A model generated the notes under the pieces. It was not told the DNA's origin. It saw only the letters and a list, made by a program, of their open reading frames with translations, and made no database searches. From Ginglymostoma cirratum (taxonomy: Eukaryota), in assembly GCA_024137785.1 (NCBI GenBank), contig JAHRHZ010000028.1, positions 27,569,847-27,633,846 on the forward strand: a stretch of DNA of 64,000 bases, given 5' to 3'. The position numbers and the translations under genes were made by a program. Of the stretch, positions 36,316-49,240 are shown piece by piece (positions within the stretch are counted from its first letter, which is position 1; each line of letters starts with the position of its first letter).

Positions 36316-36464
36316 CGAAGGCCCAATCCTGTCCTCTGCTACTATGCCAATGTATGCTTTCCTTGTAATATCCTTGAACCACTGAGATCAATTTGCTGCT
36401 CCAGACAAGAAGACCTATATTAGCCGAGATTACAGTGATAGGACATTTGATTTCCCCGCTTTAA

Positions 36465-36880
36465 GACCATAAGACCATAAGACGTAGGAGCAGAAATTAG
36501 GCTATTCTGCTCATCGAGTCTGCTCCGCCATTCAGTCATGGCTGATAAATTCCTCAACCCCATTCTCCTGCTTTCTCCCCATAACCCGTGATCCACTTGA
36601 TAATCAAGAGCCTATCTATCTATTTCAGTCTTCAATGTACTCAAGGACCTGGCCTCCACAGCCTTCTGTGGCAGTAAATTCCATAGATTCACCACTCTCT
36701 AGCTGAAGTGCTTTCTCCTTATCTCTGTTCTAAAAGGTCTTCCCTTTATTCTAAGGCTGTGCCCTCGGGCCCTAGACTCTCCTACCGGTGGAAGCATCTT
36801 CCCAACATCCACTTTGCCCAGGCCATTCAGTATTCTGAACGTTTCAATTCGATCCCCCCTCATCCGTCTAAACTCCAAAC
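36465..36880 (-). mobile_element. CR1 LINE 3' end
   Basis: (taagacca)n tail and CR1 3' UTR; gtggtgaatctatggaattt motif on the minus strand. Confidence 0.85.
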
Positions 36881-37180
36881 TTCACAAACTTTACGAATAA
36901 TTTTGGGGTACCAATTCTGGCTTCTATTTGTGAAACAGGCATTTTGCTAATAATGTTAATTGCCTATGTTGCCTAACCTTTGAGTTTCATTCCCTTGTGT
37001 TTACACAGTACTGCAACATCCCAGTTTAAATGGTGATGCAGGGAATGGCACAGGTCCATCAGGAAGCAGCAATCTCTGGCCTCAAAATGTAACTTTGCTG
37101 TTTTTAAATAAAGAAATGCAAATTCATTTGCATGGATGTTTTAAACAAAATTTTTAGATTTTCTGCTGGACTGAACGTAC

Positions 37181-37311
37181 CACTTTTCTTCTGCTGTTTT
37201 AATTTTACGTAAAGAATAACAGCAGCAGCGAGCAGAACGATGATGATCAGTACCACTATGACTAGAATAATTTGCCATGAGACCATAAGATTCAATGGGA
37301 AATTTTCTTCA
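37181..37311 (-). CDS. Gene A transmembrane exon
   Basis: gtattttgcag| (S)EENFPLNLMVSWQIILVIVVLIIIVLLAAAVILYVKLKQQKKS |gtacgt. 131 nt, phase 2->1, uncharged TM. Confidence 0.9.
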
Positions 37312-37824
37312 CTGCAAAATACAATCAAGACACATGGAGCATAATGAGAAACACATTTTAACATTACCATATCTGCAGCACTAAATAGAATAAGGAGTAA
37401 GCATCCATTCGTTATTATCAACATTTAAGGAAATTCTATGACATTTATTATATGGTGCAAGAATGATTACATGAGCAGTTAGCATGTTCCCACTAAATAT
37501 CTTTTCCTGTTTGTTAACAAATGTTTTGAAAAGCAAATGCATGCTTTTGTTAAAATAGGAATTTCGTACAAACAGGTTAAATGTTTGTTAACCAGCTGAC
37601 ACAGTGGATTCAGGAAATTAGATCTTGGGATGACCACAGTCCAAGTGAATGTCCTGGTATAGTTGATAATATCTTCGAGGTGGCAGCTTGTAAATTCAAG
37701 CCTCATTGTAGATCGAGTGCTGTGACCTCCCAGAAGTCCTAAGAGTGATACCCACTGACAATAATGACTCAATGATCTCATAGCATTAAAAAAAAAGCAG
37801 TCTGTTCAACTCATCGCTTCCAGC

Positions 37825-38110
37825 CTTGGGTGACTATCTGTGTGGAGTTTGCATGTTTACACCGTGTCCCTGTTGGTTTCTGCTGGGTTTACTCCCACAG
37901 TCCAAAAATGTGCAGGTTAGGTGGATTGATCATGCTAAGTTGTTCATGGCGTTTAGGGATGTGCAGGCTGGGTGGACTAGCCATGGCAAATGTGCAGTTA
38001 TGGGGATAAGGTTGGGGGCTGGGTTTGGGTGGGATGCTCTCTGGAAGGTTGTTTGCAAACTCGATGGGCTGATTGGCCTCTTTCTGCAGTGTAGGGATTC
38101 TATAATTCTA
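37825..38110 (+). mobile_element. HE1/V-SINE-type SINE (5' truncated)
   Basis: V-domain and CR1-like tail, as at 34628 and 57177. Confidence 0.8.
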
Positions 38111-38423
38111 TGAGGAAGCAGTTGTAGTAAGGCTTGAAATCGTATTCACATGTTTCCTGTCTGCAGGGTTTGACTTTGAGAATTTGAGAGACAAAGTTTT
38201 GGATTAGGCTAATTGCGTGTTGAGTAATTCTCAAGTAAAACAGGAAGTTAAAACATTTGCAAATGGTGTTAACTTTATTTTTCAGTTTTAACTTAAAAAC
38301 AAGCTTTCTATACTGTGAGAAACTCAAATTATTCCAAAAACTAACAGATGAGCTGAAGCTTAGCTGACATAGCCTGTAGGAACATAGAAGATAGGTGCAG
38401 GAGTAGGTCTTTCAAATCCTTGA

Positions 38424-40796
38424 TAGACAAACAGGTGGCTGGAAGAACACAGCAGGCCAGGCAGTCAATGTTTCAGGTATTACCCATCTTCAGGACTGGA
38501 TGTGGGGGTAAAGAGGGGGAAAAGGTGGAGGTGGAATGGTGGTGATAGGTGGACACTGGTGGTAGGTACGGCCTGGTTGGTCGATAGGAGGCATGAATCC
38601 AGTTGGTGGCTGGAAAGGAGGGTCAATAAGTGGAATGGAAAGGAGGAGGTGGGGCTGGAAGGGGAGGCAGGAGATGAGTGGGAAGTTTATTTGAAATTGG
38701 AGAATTCAATGTTGAGTCCTTCAAGCTGTAGGGTACCCAGGCAGAAGATAAAGTGTTGTTCTTCAAATTTGCGTTGAGTCACTGCGACACTAGAGGAGGC
38801 TGAGGATGGAAATGTCAGATGGGGAGTCGGACGGGGAGCTCGAACTGGGTGGTGACCGGGAGGTTAGGTCAGCTTTTGTGGGCCAGGCAGAGATGCTCGG
38901 TGAAACGATCACCTACTGTACATTTGATCCCACCAATGTAGAGAAGACCACATCAGGAGCACCGGATGCAATAGACTAGGGTTGGAGGAGATGCAGGTGA
39001 AGCTCTGACTCACCTGGAAGGACTGTTTAGGGCCTTGAATGGAGGTGAGGGAGGTGGTCTGTGGGCAGGTGTTGCAGCTTTTACGGTTACAGAGGAAGAT
39101 ACCGGGTGGATTGGAGTGTCGTGCGAACAGAGGAGTGGTGAAGGGAATGGTCCTTGCGGTAGGCAGAGAGGGGTGGAGAGTGGAAGATGTTCCAGGTGGT
39201 GGGGTCTAATTGGAGTTGGTGGAAGTGTTTGAGGATGATACGTTGGATGTAGAGGCTGGTGGGGTGGAAAGTGAAGACAAGGTGGGGGAGCTGTGGTTAA
39301 GAGCTGTGGAGTGGGGAATGGAGGTGGTGTGGTGGAGGACTGTCTGGATTGCAGATGGGGGTAAAGAGCATTGTTTGAAAAAGGGGGACATCTGGGATGC
39401 TTGAGAGTGGAATGTCTCCTCGTCAGAGCAGATGCGATAGAAACGGAGGAATTGGGAAAACGGGATGGAGTATTTGAAGGATACAGGGTGGGAGGAGGTG
39501 TGGTCTAGGTAGCTATGGGTGTCTGTGGGTTTATAGTAAATGTTGGTACGCAAGCTGTTGCTAGAAATGGAAACGAAGAGGTCAAGAAAGGGGAGGGACG
39601 TGTCTGAGATAGACCAAGTGAATTTGAGGGCATGGGGGGAAGTTGTTAGTGAAGTCGATGAACTGCTCCAGCTCAGTCTGGGTGCAGGATGCAGCACCGA
39701 TGCAGTCATCGATGTAACGGTGGTAGACCTGTGGAACAGTACCGGTGTACGTACTGAAGAGGGACTGTTCTACATAACCGACAAACAGGCAGGCTTAGCT
39801 GGGGCCCGTGCAAGTGCCCACGGGCAACCTTAATAAAGGTTAATAAAGATAGGGACCCCTTGTCTTCACTTTCCTCCCCACCAGCCTCTGCATCCAACTT
39901 ATCATCCTCAAACACTTTTGCCAACTCTAATTAGACCCCACCACCTGGAACACCTTCCACTTCCCACCTCTCTCTGCCTTCTGCAAGGTCCATTCCCTTC
40001 ACCACTCCTTAGTTCGCGCCACATTCCCCACCAACCACTCCATCCCGCCCGGTACCTTCCCCTGTAACAGTAAAAGATACAACACCTGATCACAGACCAC
40101 CTCAATTCAAGGCTGTAAACAGTCCTTCCTGGTCAGACAGAGCTTCATCTGCATCTCCTCCAACCTAGTCTATTACATCCGGTGCTCCCGATGTGATCTT
40201 CTTTACGTCTGTGAGACCAAATATGGACTAGGTGATTGTTTCACCGAGCATCTCTGCCAGGCTTGTGATGGCCAACTTAACCTCCCGGTCGCTGTCCATT
40301 TCAACTCCCCTCCCCACTCCCCCTCCGACACGTCAATCCTTGGCTTCCTCCAGTGTCGCAGTGAGTTGGAACGCAAATTTGAAGAACAACACCTTATCTT
40401 CTGCCTGGGCCCCCTACAGCCTGGAGGACTCAACATTGAGTTCTTCAATTTCAAATAACCTTTCCACCCATCCTCTGCCTCCCCTTGCAGCCTCACCTCC
40501 TCCCGTCCATTCCACCTTCTGACCCTCCCTTCCAGCCACCAACTGGATTCATCTCTCCCATCGACCAACCAGGCCGTACCTACCACCAGTGTCCACTTAT
40601 CACCACCATTCCACCTCCACCCTTTCACACCCCCACCTCTTTATCTGCAGCTCCCCCTACCCTCACATCCAGTCCGGAAGAAGGGTAATACGTGAAATGT
40701 TGACTGTTCCTTTCCTCCAGATGCTGCCTGGCCTGCTGTGTTCTTCCAGCCTCCTGTTTGTCTACCTTGGATTCCAGCATCTGCAGTTTTTTTGTC
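38424..40796. mobile_element. Inverted Penelope-like element: minus arm 38424-39830, plus arm 39855-40796, ~16-bp TSD
   Basis: RT remnants (LKFTWSISDTSLPFLDL...YYKPTDTHSYL...SIPFSQFLR) and GIY-YIG remnants on both arms. TSD tctttcaaatccttga (38408-38423) / tctttcaaccccttga (40797-40812) in a CR1 host. Confidence 0.88.
38463..38497 (-). ncRNA. Hammerhead ribozyme motif in a PLE pLTR, sense to gene A
   Basis: AGTC-CTGAAGA-t-GGGT-aat-ACCT-GAAAC-ATT-GACT, with 4-bp stem I AGTC/GACT. Confidence 0.6.
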
Positions 40797-41480
40797 TCTT
40801 TCAACCCCTTGAACCTGCTCCACCATTTGATCTGATCATGGCTGATCTTCAAGCTCATTACCCTTATCCCACCTTTAGTGATAAGAGCTCTATCTATCTC
40901 CTTCGTGAAAACACAAAGGTTTGGCCTCAACCACTTTCATTGGTAATGAATCCCATAGGCTCAACCCTTTGTGGATGAAGAAAGTTCTCTACATCTCGGT
41001 TTGAAAAGGTTTACCCCTTATCCTTAAACTATAATCCTTGGCTCTGGACTCCCCCACCATTGGGAACATCCTTTCTGTATCTAACTGACTAGTCCTGTTA
41101 GAAATTTACAGACTTCCACGAGATCCACTCCCTATTTCTTCTGAACTTCAGTGAACACAATCTAACTGATTTTATTTCTCATCATACGTCAGTACTGCCA
41201 TCCCTGGAATCGATTTGCTAAATCATACCTGAACTCCGTCTGTAGAAGAACATCCTTCCTCAGATAAGGAGACCAAAACTGCATACAATATTCCAGGTGT
41301 GGCCTCACCAATGCCCTGTATAATTGTAGCAAGACATCCTTGTTCCTGTTCTAGAATCCTTTCACTATGAAGGCCATCATACTGTTTGCATTCTCTATTG
41401 CCTGCTGCACCTGTGTGTTTACTTTCAGTGACTGGTGCACGAGGACAATTGGGTCTCATTGAACATTCCCCTCTTTCAAT
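40797..41480 (-). mobile_element. CR1 LINE 3' fragment (host of the inverted PLE; remainder at 38380-38423)
   Basis: [16 protein letters not shown] on the minus strand at 41265-41312; CR1 tail. Confidence 0.85.
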
Positions 41481-41780
41481 TTACAAACGTCCAGTTCGAA
41501 CTCAGAACCTTGTCATATGCATTAATTGTTTCTGAAGTTGGTTTTACAAAAAATACTGGAAACATTTTTAAGAAAATTGGAATGTTTAAATAAGTCAAAG
41601 AAAGGCTAATAAGAATTGAAGGAAACAGCTTGAACATACAGGGAGATTTCAAGACTTCCTTTAAACAAAGTGGACATAATTATGAGATGACCTCTCATGG
41701 TGACGTTGGCCCTTCCTCCTTCAGAGACAGAGAAATAACTGTTTCTGCTGTCAACTTTCCTTTCAATTTCACCACATATG

Positions 41781-41947
41781 ACAGTGTGGAACTGGAAGAA
41801 CACAGCAGGCCAGGTAACATCAGAGGAGCAGGAAAGCTGATGTTTCAAGTTGGGTCCCGATCCGAAACGTTAACTTTACTGCTCCTCTGATGCTTCCTGG
41901 CCTGCTGTGTTATCTCTGACTCCAGCATCTGCAGTTCTTACTACCTC
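41781..41947. mobile_element. Fold-back PLE-derived mini-element
   Basis: cacagcaggccagg..catcagaggagcagga and its reverse complement around a decayed hammerhead. Approximate TSD tttcaatttca..acatatg. Confidence 0.7.
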
Positions 41948-42359
41948 TTTCAATTTCAACATATGCCTTCAATATTGCTATACCTGTGGCTGTAGAAATT
42001 TACAGGCATTAAATTTGGATTAAAGGCTTTGCCTTTCAGAGGCCTGGTGTTGAACAGGCAGACCATTTGACGGCGATCAGAGACTTGTGTCTCTGATATT
42101 AAAAACACCCTTTCAATCCACCAAGTCTGGGAATAATTGTTTCTAAATTTAGGACTGATAAAGTTACTGAAACTTGATATCTACCTTGATACAATTACTA
42201 TTTCAAATATTCAATGGGAAATTTACATGAAGTTTAAGAGACAGTACAGTAACTCAATATATGGGTGATCTGTTGGTCGTTAAAAAACACTAGGGCTTTA
42301 TTATATGGCCCTGAGCAGCTGAACTGAGCTGGAGTTAAAGCCAGTCCCTTAAAGCTCAG

Positions 42360-44070
42360 CCAGGGAAGACATTTGAATAAGTAAATGAATAGGAAAGGTT
42401 TGCAGGGATATATGCCAAGAACAGGCAGGTGGGACTAGTTTAGTTTGGGATTAGGGTCGGACTGGACAGGTTGGACTGAAGGGTCTGTTTCTCTATGACT
42501 TCACAGGCTAAATGTGTATTGGTAACAAGATATCGTCGAGCCATAGAGTCATACAGCGTGGAAACAGTCACTTCAGTTCAACCTGTCCGTGCCGACCATA
42601 ATCCAAACTGAACTAGCCCCACCTGCCTGCTTCTGGCCCATATCCCTCCAAACACTTCTTATTCATGCACTTATCAAGAGGTCTTTTAAACTTTGTAACT
42701 GTACCCGCATCCATCGCTTCCTCTGGAAACTTACTCCACACACAAACCACACTCTGCGTAAAAAAGTTGCCCCTTGTGTCTTTTTTAAATCTTTCTTCTC
42801 ACCTTAAAAATATGCCCCCGGTCTTGAAATACCCTGCCTTAGGGAAAGGACACCTGCTATTCACTTTCTCTGTACCCCTCATGATTTTATAAACCTCTAT
42901 AAGGTCACCCCTCAACCTCCTATGCTCCAGTGAAAACATCCCAGTCTATCCAGCCTCTCCTTACAACTCAAATCTTCCATTCCCAGTAATAATCTGGCAA
43001 ATCTCTTCTGAACCCTCTCCAGCTTAATAATGTCCTTCCTATAACAGAGAGGTCAGAACTGGATATAAAACACCAGAAAATGCCTCACCAACGTCCTGTG
43101 AAGCATCAACATAACATTCTAAGTCTTATATTCAAAGATCTGAGCAAAGAAGGCAAGCATACTAAATACTTAAGTACCCTACCTATATGTGATGCAAACT
43201 TCGAAGAATTATGCGCCTGAATCCCTTGGTCTCTCTGTTCTACAACACTACCCAAGGCCTTACTTTTAATTGTATAAGCACCACCCTTATTTGTTTTACT
43301 AAATGCAATATCTTGCATTTATCTGAATTAAAATCCATTTGTCACTCTTCAGCCCATTGACCCAATTGATCAAGATCTCTTAGTAATCTTTGATTACCTT
43401 CTTCACTGTCCACCATGCCACTAATCTTGGTGTCAACCACAAACTTACTAACCATGCCTCCTATATTCTCATCTAAATCATTTATATAAATGACAAATAA
43501 AAGAGGTTCCAGCACTGATCCTTTTGGAACACCGCTGGTCACAGTCCTCCAGTCCGAAAAACAACCCTCCACCATCACTCTGTCTCCTGTTGTTAAGCCA
43601 ATTTTGTACCCAATTGGCAAGTTCACCTTGAATCCCATATGATCTAACTTTACTCATTAGTCTACCGTGTGGAACCTTGTCAAAGGCTTTATTAAAGTCC
43701 AAGTAAACAATGTCTACTGCTCTATCCTTCAGTCTTCTTTGGTATATACTCAAAAATCTCAATCAAGTTTTTCAGACACCTTTTTCCTTGCAAAAAAACC
43801 GTGTTGATTATCCCCAATCATTCCTTGGCTCCCCAAATGCATACAAATGCTATCTTTCAGAATCGCTTCCAACAACTTAGCCGCCACCAAAGTCAGGCTC
43901 ATAGATCTGTGGTTCCCAGGTCGATCCTTACATCCCTTCTTAAACAAAGGCACAAGATTAGCTACTCTCCAGTCGTCAGGCATCTCACTCAGTTATAGAT
44001 AATGCAAGTATGACTGCAAGGGGCCCTGCAATTTTTTTCCCTAATTTTCCACAAATTCCTGGGTTGAATC
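42360..44070 (-). mobile_element. CR1 LINE RT fragment (minus, 42545-44070) with a short opposing CR1 3' end (42360-42505)
   Basis: PDDWRVANLVPLFKKG, VDIVYLDFNKAFDKVPH, VTSGVPKGSVLEPLLFVIYINDLD, SKFVVDTKI. Confidence 0.92.
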
Positions 44071-44356
44071 AAAAAAATGTGATACCTCATCAAGTGGCCC
44101 AGCAGGTGGCTTTCAATCTTCTTCTGACAGCAGGATAATAAGGATACTTATGTCAACTCATCTGTCTTCCAGCTCAATCACTAACCACTGGCTTTTCCGT
44201 GTTTTTGATTTTGCAGCCCCACCTTATTCCACTGTGCGCTTGATGACCTGAGCTTTACTGTAGATTGTATTGGCCTCTCCCTGAGCATTTTAAAGATGAT
44301 GTGTTCATATCATGGTAAAGATGTACTGCATAGATTTCAATGTTTCAGAGACAAAC

Positions 44357-44465
44357 CTGGGTGAGCTGATGGTGGCAGAGGATGTGGTCAGATCCGTTGT
44401 AAAATGAGACTGAGTAGTTCCTGCGACGCTGCTGGTTGGTTCCAGTGTCGAGCTCCATGTAGGCA
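44357..44465 (-). CDS. Gene A Ser/Thr-rich mucin-like stalk exon
   Basis: gctcctttatag| VPTWSSTLEPTSSVAGTTQSHFTTDLTTSSATISSP(S) |gtttgt. 109 nt, phase 1->2, matching the IgV and TM exons; about half S/T. Confidence 0.85.
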
Positions 44466-44823
44466 CTATAAAGGAGCAACTTGTTGAGTATGGTTGAAAT
44501 TATGTTCCCCAGTGAGTTCACTCCCCTCAATGGAATCACTTAAAAATCATAGTTAATCATTCCTTCAACATTATATTTCCACATTATATTGCTTTTGTTG
44601 CAAATGACTAGATCATTCTGGGGTTAAAGGAAATGATTGCATTACCAGCATTAGACTATTATACAATTGGATAAATTCAGAGGCAATTGCAACAAAATAC
44701 ACACAAACTGAGTGTGAGCTGAGAGATTACAACACTAGTTGCACCAATGTATCCGGTTTTAGCCATTCCTGTGCGAGTGAGTTGACAATTTGCTCACAAA
44801 GTATTTGACTGACAATGGGGCAG

Positions 44824-45640
44824 TGTTATGATCCCAGTTCATGTTTTTACAGGACAGGTCAGATCCCAGACAGAAATCTGGCTTCATGGATCATATTTTT
44901 TTCCGTTTGAGTGTAGTGATGTATTCACTAACTGAAACAGATACACACAATACAGCAGATCTTGTTTTAACTATAAAGTAGAATGTTATTAACAAACTAA
45001 AAGAAGATTAGGTAGAATAAAGAAAACTATCGGCTTTTAATACAAAGATGTTAAAGTGTGCAGCAAAAGTTTAATGGCATGAATTCCAAGAATTTCCTGT
45101 TTAAATTGAAAATGGAAAGAACAGCTTTTGTACAATACTGAAAACACATCTGCACATAATGGTGCAGAATTGGTTGAAACTATAAAGTAGAATTTTATTA
45201 ACAAACTAAATGAAGGCAAAATAGAATAAACCAAACTATCAGCTTACAAAACAAATTGAAACATATTACAGCACACAGTAACAGTATAACCCCGTTCGTT
45301 TCAAATTGAAAAGGAAAGTAACAGCCTTCTTTCAGTATAAAAGCACATCTTGTGCAGTCATCGGAACACCACATAGACAGTACTCCTGCTAGAGTCACTA
45401 TCTCTATGCAGATAAATTCTTCCTGGAGCTATTAGATACGGGAGTACAAAAGTATTCAGCCTTACATAACCTCTTGAGGGTTTTAGTCCAATGCTACTGG
45501 TCTGGGACAAACATCAACTCCTTACTCTAAGATAATCTAGTTTCACAACATCCTTCCCTTCTCAGGAGCATTGGTCTGCAGAACCAACTTCCTGGAAGAA
45601 CTTCACAGGACCGCCCAAAAGTCAAAGTAAAAAGCAAAAC
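44824..45640. mobile_element. LTR-like remnant with an internal diverged duplication
   Basis: Starts tgttatga. aactataaagtagaat.ttattaacaaactaaa...tagaataaa..aaactatc.gctt is duplicated at about 44969-45037 and 45178-45246. Confidence 0.35.
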
Positions 45641-46704
45641 TCAAACTTAAAATGAATGATATGAAAAGAAAAATTATGTATATACCTGACATTTGCATGG
45701 CAGGAAGTAGCACAGTTTGATGTTACCAGTCTCCTGGAGTTGTGCTGGGAGGTGGAGAGTTTGGAAAATCACAGGCAAGGTGAGGGTACGGAAGACCAAT
45801 AATTTCCCATTGCTGAGGGATATTACCAGCAGCAGGATCCTGAGCAGCCAATAGATAATTAAACCAATAACTCGTCCAGATTTGGGATATCACAATCCAT
45901 ATGAAATCAAATGACATCAGGAGGGTGAACTGTTGAGTTGGGAACCCATCAAGATAAACACCTGAGCCTTCAGTGGACACTCCATCACAGTCAGTCCGAG
46001 ACACATGGCACTCCTGCAGCCCCCACCACATTTCATCAGCAATGGTTGACCTTGCTATTGAGGATGCTTCAGGCTTGGATTGTATATTCCGACCGTCCTT
46101 GTAGCGTCACCAATAGCCATCTCTATGCATGGTACTATCCTTCTCAATTAGACAATGACCCTAATGACAGGCAAAATGCCACCCAAGGTCCTGCCGTGTG
46201 CCGAACTGTTACGAGGGTAATATCTGAGCCAGTCTCCACATTGGGACCATGGGGATCCGGGAGAAATGGGAGGAAAGGCTGGCGAGCTACAGGGGTTAAG
46301 GGCTGTGTAGCACATAGTCTGACTGTCTCCTAGTGCCCATCCCCTTGGTGAGGTCTCCAGCTGATTGCCTTGGGGTATGGTCCTGCTTCAGTCCTGGCAG
46401 CTGGTCCAAACTTGAAGTGAGAACATTTTGGCCATGAACAGAACAGCTGCCTGCTTAAGCTTCCCATTTGGGAAAGGTTTTCCCAATCTGTTTCCCCTCT
46501 CTCTTTCCTAATGGAGTGGAAGGATCTTGCTCTGGGAATTCAGTATTCCCAGGATTTGGACACTTGAGTATATGAGTGTCCACCCCTGTGGGGAGCTCAG
46601 GATTTGTCACAGGGTCACTATCAGAGCAGAGCTGAGGGTATCTCTGATTTCAAATGTTTCATTTTGGGCAAAGCAGACAAAGTAGAAATACACAATCATC
46701 TTAC

Positions 46705-47022
46705 CTTCAAAAACTTCTAATTTGAACGAAACCCTCTCATTTAGCAAAAATGTTTCTATAACACACCAGTATCGTCCTTCATCACTCTTCATCAGTTTGT
46801 CTACGGTTACTGAGAATATGCTGTGTTTTTTGTCATCAGTCATTGATACTCTTCCACTTTGTGGGTTATTAGTCGAAACAATAACAGAGCAATGGATGTA
46901 ATGATAACCTTTACACCAGTATTTCTCCTTTTCCTTGTAGCTCTGATCATATTTGCACTCGGCAGTGAGTGATCCTCCTACTTCTCCATGAATGTCCCCG
47001 GGCCCAGTTAATTGACGTGAAC
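46705..47022 (-). CDS. Gene A IgV exon (canonical CD300/CMRF35/pIgR-type V domain)
   Basis: cacaatag|...|gtaaga, 318 nt, phase 1->1. SSRQLTGPGDIHGEVGGSLTAECKYDQSYKEKEKYWCKGYHYIHCSVIVSTNNPQSGRVSMTDDKKHSIFSVTVDKLMKSDEGRYWCVIETFLLNERVSFKLEVFE. Contains GGS-x4-CxY, KYWCx7C, GRVS, FSV and DxGxYWC. Confidence 0.95.
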
Positions 47023-47160
47023 CTATTGTGATATAACAATGAATGATTATTAATATCTATGCAAGAGATAAGAAACATAATATTTAATGAAATAAGAACT
47101 CCTGTTTCATTATTGTAGCAACCTCCCTTATATTTAGATGTCAAACTAGATTATCAACAC

Positions 47161-47312
47161 AGAGATAGTAAGAACTGCCGATGCTGGAGTCAGAGATAAC
47201 AGAGTGTGGAGCTGGATGAACACAGCAGGCCAGGCAGCGTCAGAGGAACAGGAAAGCTGACGTTTGGTGTCGGGACCTTTCATCTTTACTTCTGAAGAAA
47301 TGTCAGCTTTTC
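47161..47312 (-). mobile_element. PLE-derived mini-element with decayed hammerhead
   Basis: Same family as 31006-31138 (gagatagtaagaactgccgatgctggag...gaacacagcaggcc). Confidence 0.75.
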
Positions 47313-47939
47313 AATACTGAGTTTTCCTCATACTGAGTGACATTCACCGAAGCTGTCACACGTATTATTGTGTAAATCCAGGTTTTACTCCAACAGTGTT
47401 GAAAAGCGAGCGAGTGATTACCTTTTGGGCAAGTGCTTTATGGGAAGATTGTTGATGATATGATTGATTTATCTTCTCCATTTACACTGATCCTTGGAAT
47501 TGAGAAGATGAACGAAGCTCACTCGAGGTGAATTCCTCCATTCCTTCTCACTCGTTTCTCAGTCTGCCCATTTCTAAGTGCACAGAAAATTGTGGGTGTT
47601 GGGGTAGGCCTGGCAAATGGAAGCTTCTGGCCACACGTGCTTTCTGTTTGCTGAATCGACCGAGCACTCGCTCAAGGTGCCAATGGAAAACACAGCCCCT
47701 GGCTTGTCAATGGCTTTCCCAAAAATATTGACTTGTTTAATTGTTCCTCCAATCAATTATTCCTTGTGAAAGAAGACAGGCAGTTGACCTTGTTGGAGCC
47801 TGTTGTCACTTTTCATCAGCGAGTGAGACTGTGGATTGATGGGCCATACGCTGGTATTCTATCCTTACTAACATTAAGTAGTTTGTTTACATGGAGGTAA
47901 TCAGTGACTTGGATTGAAGTTGCTTTATAGTTTCATCGA

Positions 47940-49240
47940 GTCATAGCATCATGCAGCATGCGACAGACCCTTCATTCCAACTCTTCCACACCGACCATGT
48001 ACCCAAACTAAATTAATGCCAGTTGCCTGTATTTAGCTCATATTCCTCCAAACCTTTCCTATTCATGTGCTCATCCAAATGTCTTTTACGTGTCATAACT
48101 GACCCTGCATACACCACTTTTTCTCTGGTGAATCATTGCACACACGGACCAAACCCTGTGTAAAAAATTTACCCCTCATGTCCTTTTTAAATCTTTCGCC
48201 TCTCAACTTAAAAATATGGCCCCCCTAGTTTTGAATGCCCCCACCCGAGGGAAATGACCATTGTTATTCATCTTATCTATGCCTTTCATGATTTTATAAA
48301 CCTTGATAAGGTCACCCATCAACCTCTTATGTTCCAGTGGAAAAGTGTCCCAGCACATCCAGTTTATATCCATGACTCAAACCTTCTATTTCCGGCAACA
48401 TCCTGTGAATTTTTTCTGAACCCTCTCCATTTTCATAATATCCTTCCTCTAACAGGGTGACCCAAACTGCACAAAGTATTCCAGAAGAGGCCTCACCAAC
48501 ATCCTATGTACCTGAACATGACATCCCAACTGTTGTATTCCAAAGTCTGAGCAATGAAGTCAAACTTGCTAACCATCTTCTTAACCACCCTGTCTACCTA
48601 TGATGCAAATTTCAAAGAATTATGTTCTGGAACCCCTCAGTCTTTCTGTTCCACAACACTACCCAAGGCTGTACCATTAATTGTATAAGTCCAGCCCTTG
48701 TTTGCTTTCCCAAAATGCAATACCTTACATTTATCCAAATCAAACTCCATTTGCCACTGCTCAGCTGAGCGACCCAATTGATCAAGATTGTATTCTGAGT
48801 TAGCCTTTTTCACTGACCACTATACTACCAATCTCGGTGTCATCGGTGAGCTTACTAACCATGCTCCAATATGTTAATCCAAATTGTTTGTATAAATGAC
48901 AAACAAAAGTGTCCCCAGTACCGATCCCTGTGGAATCCCATCGTTCACAGGCCTTCAGTCTGAAAAACAGCCTTTTACCACCACACTCTGTTTCTTACAA
49001 TAAAACCAATTCCGTGTCAAATTGGCAATCTCACCGTGAATTTCTTGTGGTCCAACTTTGCTAATCAGCCAACTGTGCAAATCTTTGTCAAAAGCTTTGC
49101 TGAAGTCCATATAAACAATGTCTATTACTCTGCCCTCAGTCTTTTTTGTAACTTCCACAAAAAAACTCAATCAAGTTCATGAGACACAATTTCCCACCAC
49201 AAAACTATGCTGCTTATTTCAAATCAATCCTTGTCTCTCA
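47940..49240 (-). mobile_element. CR1 LINE RT 3' fragment
   Basis: IDIVYMDFSKAFDK; CR1 tail; similar to 42545-44070. Confidence 0.88.

Noticed and set aside
45686-45860. Possible extra gene A exon ending at a cag|gtata donor
   Set aside because: No convincing acceptor or family-like peptide; the IgV and stalk exons already join in phase.
47422-47481. ATG...AAAAG|gtaatc near the IgV exon as a candidate leader
   Set aside because: It encodes hydrophilic MEKINQSYHQQSSHKALAQK in phase 0, incompatible with the phase-1 IgV exon.
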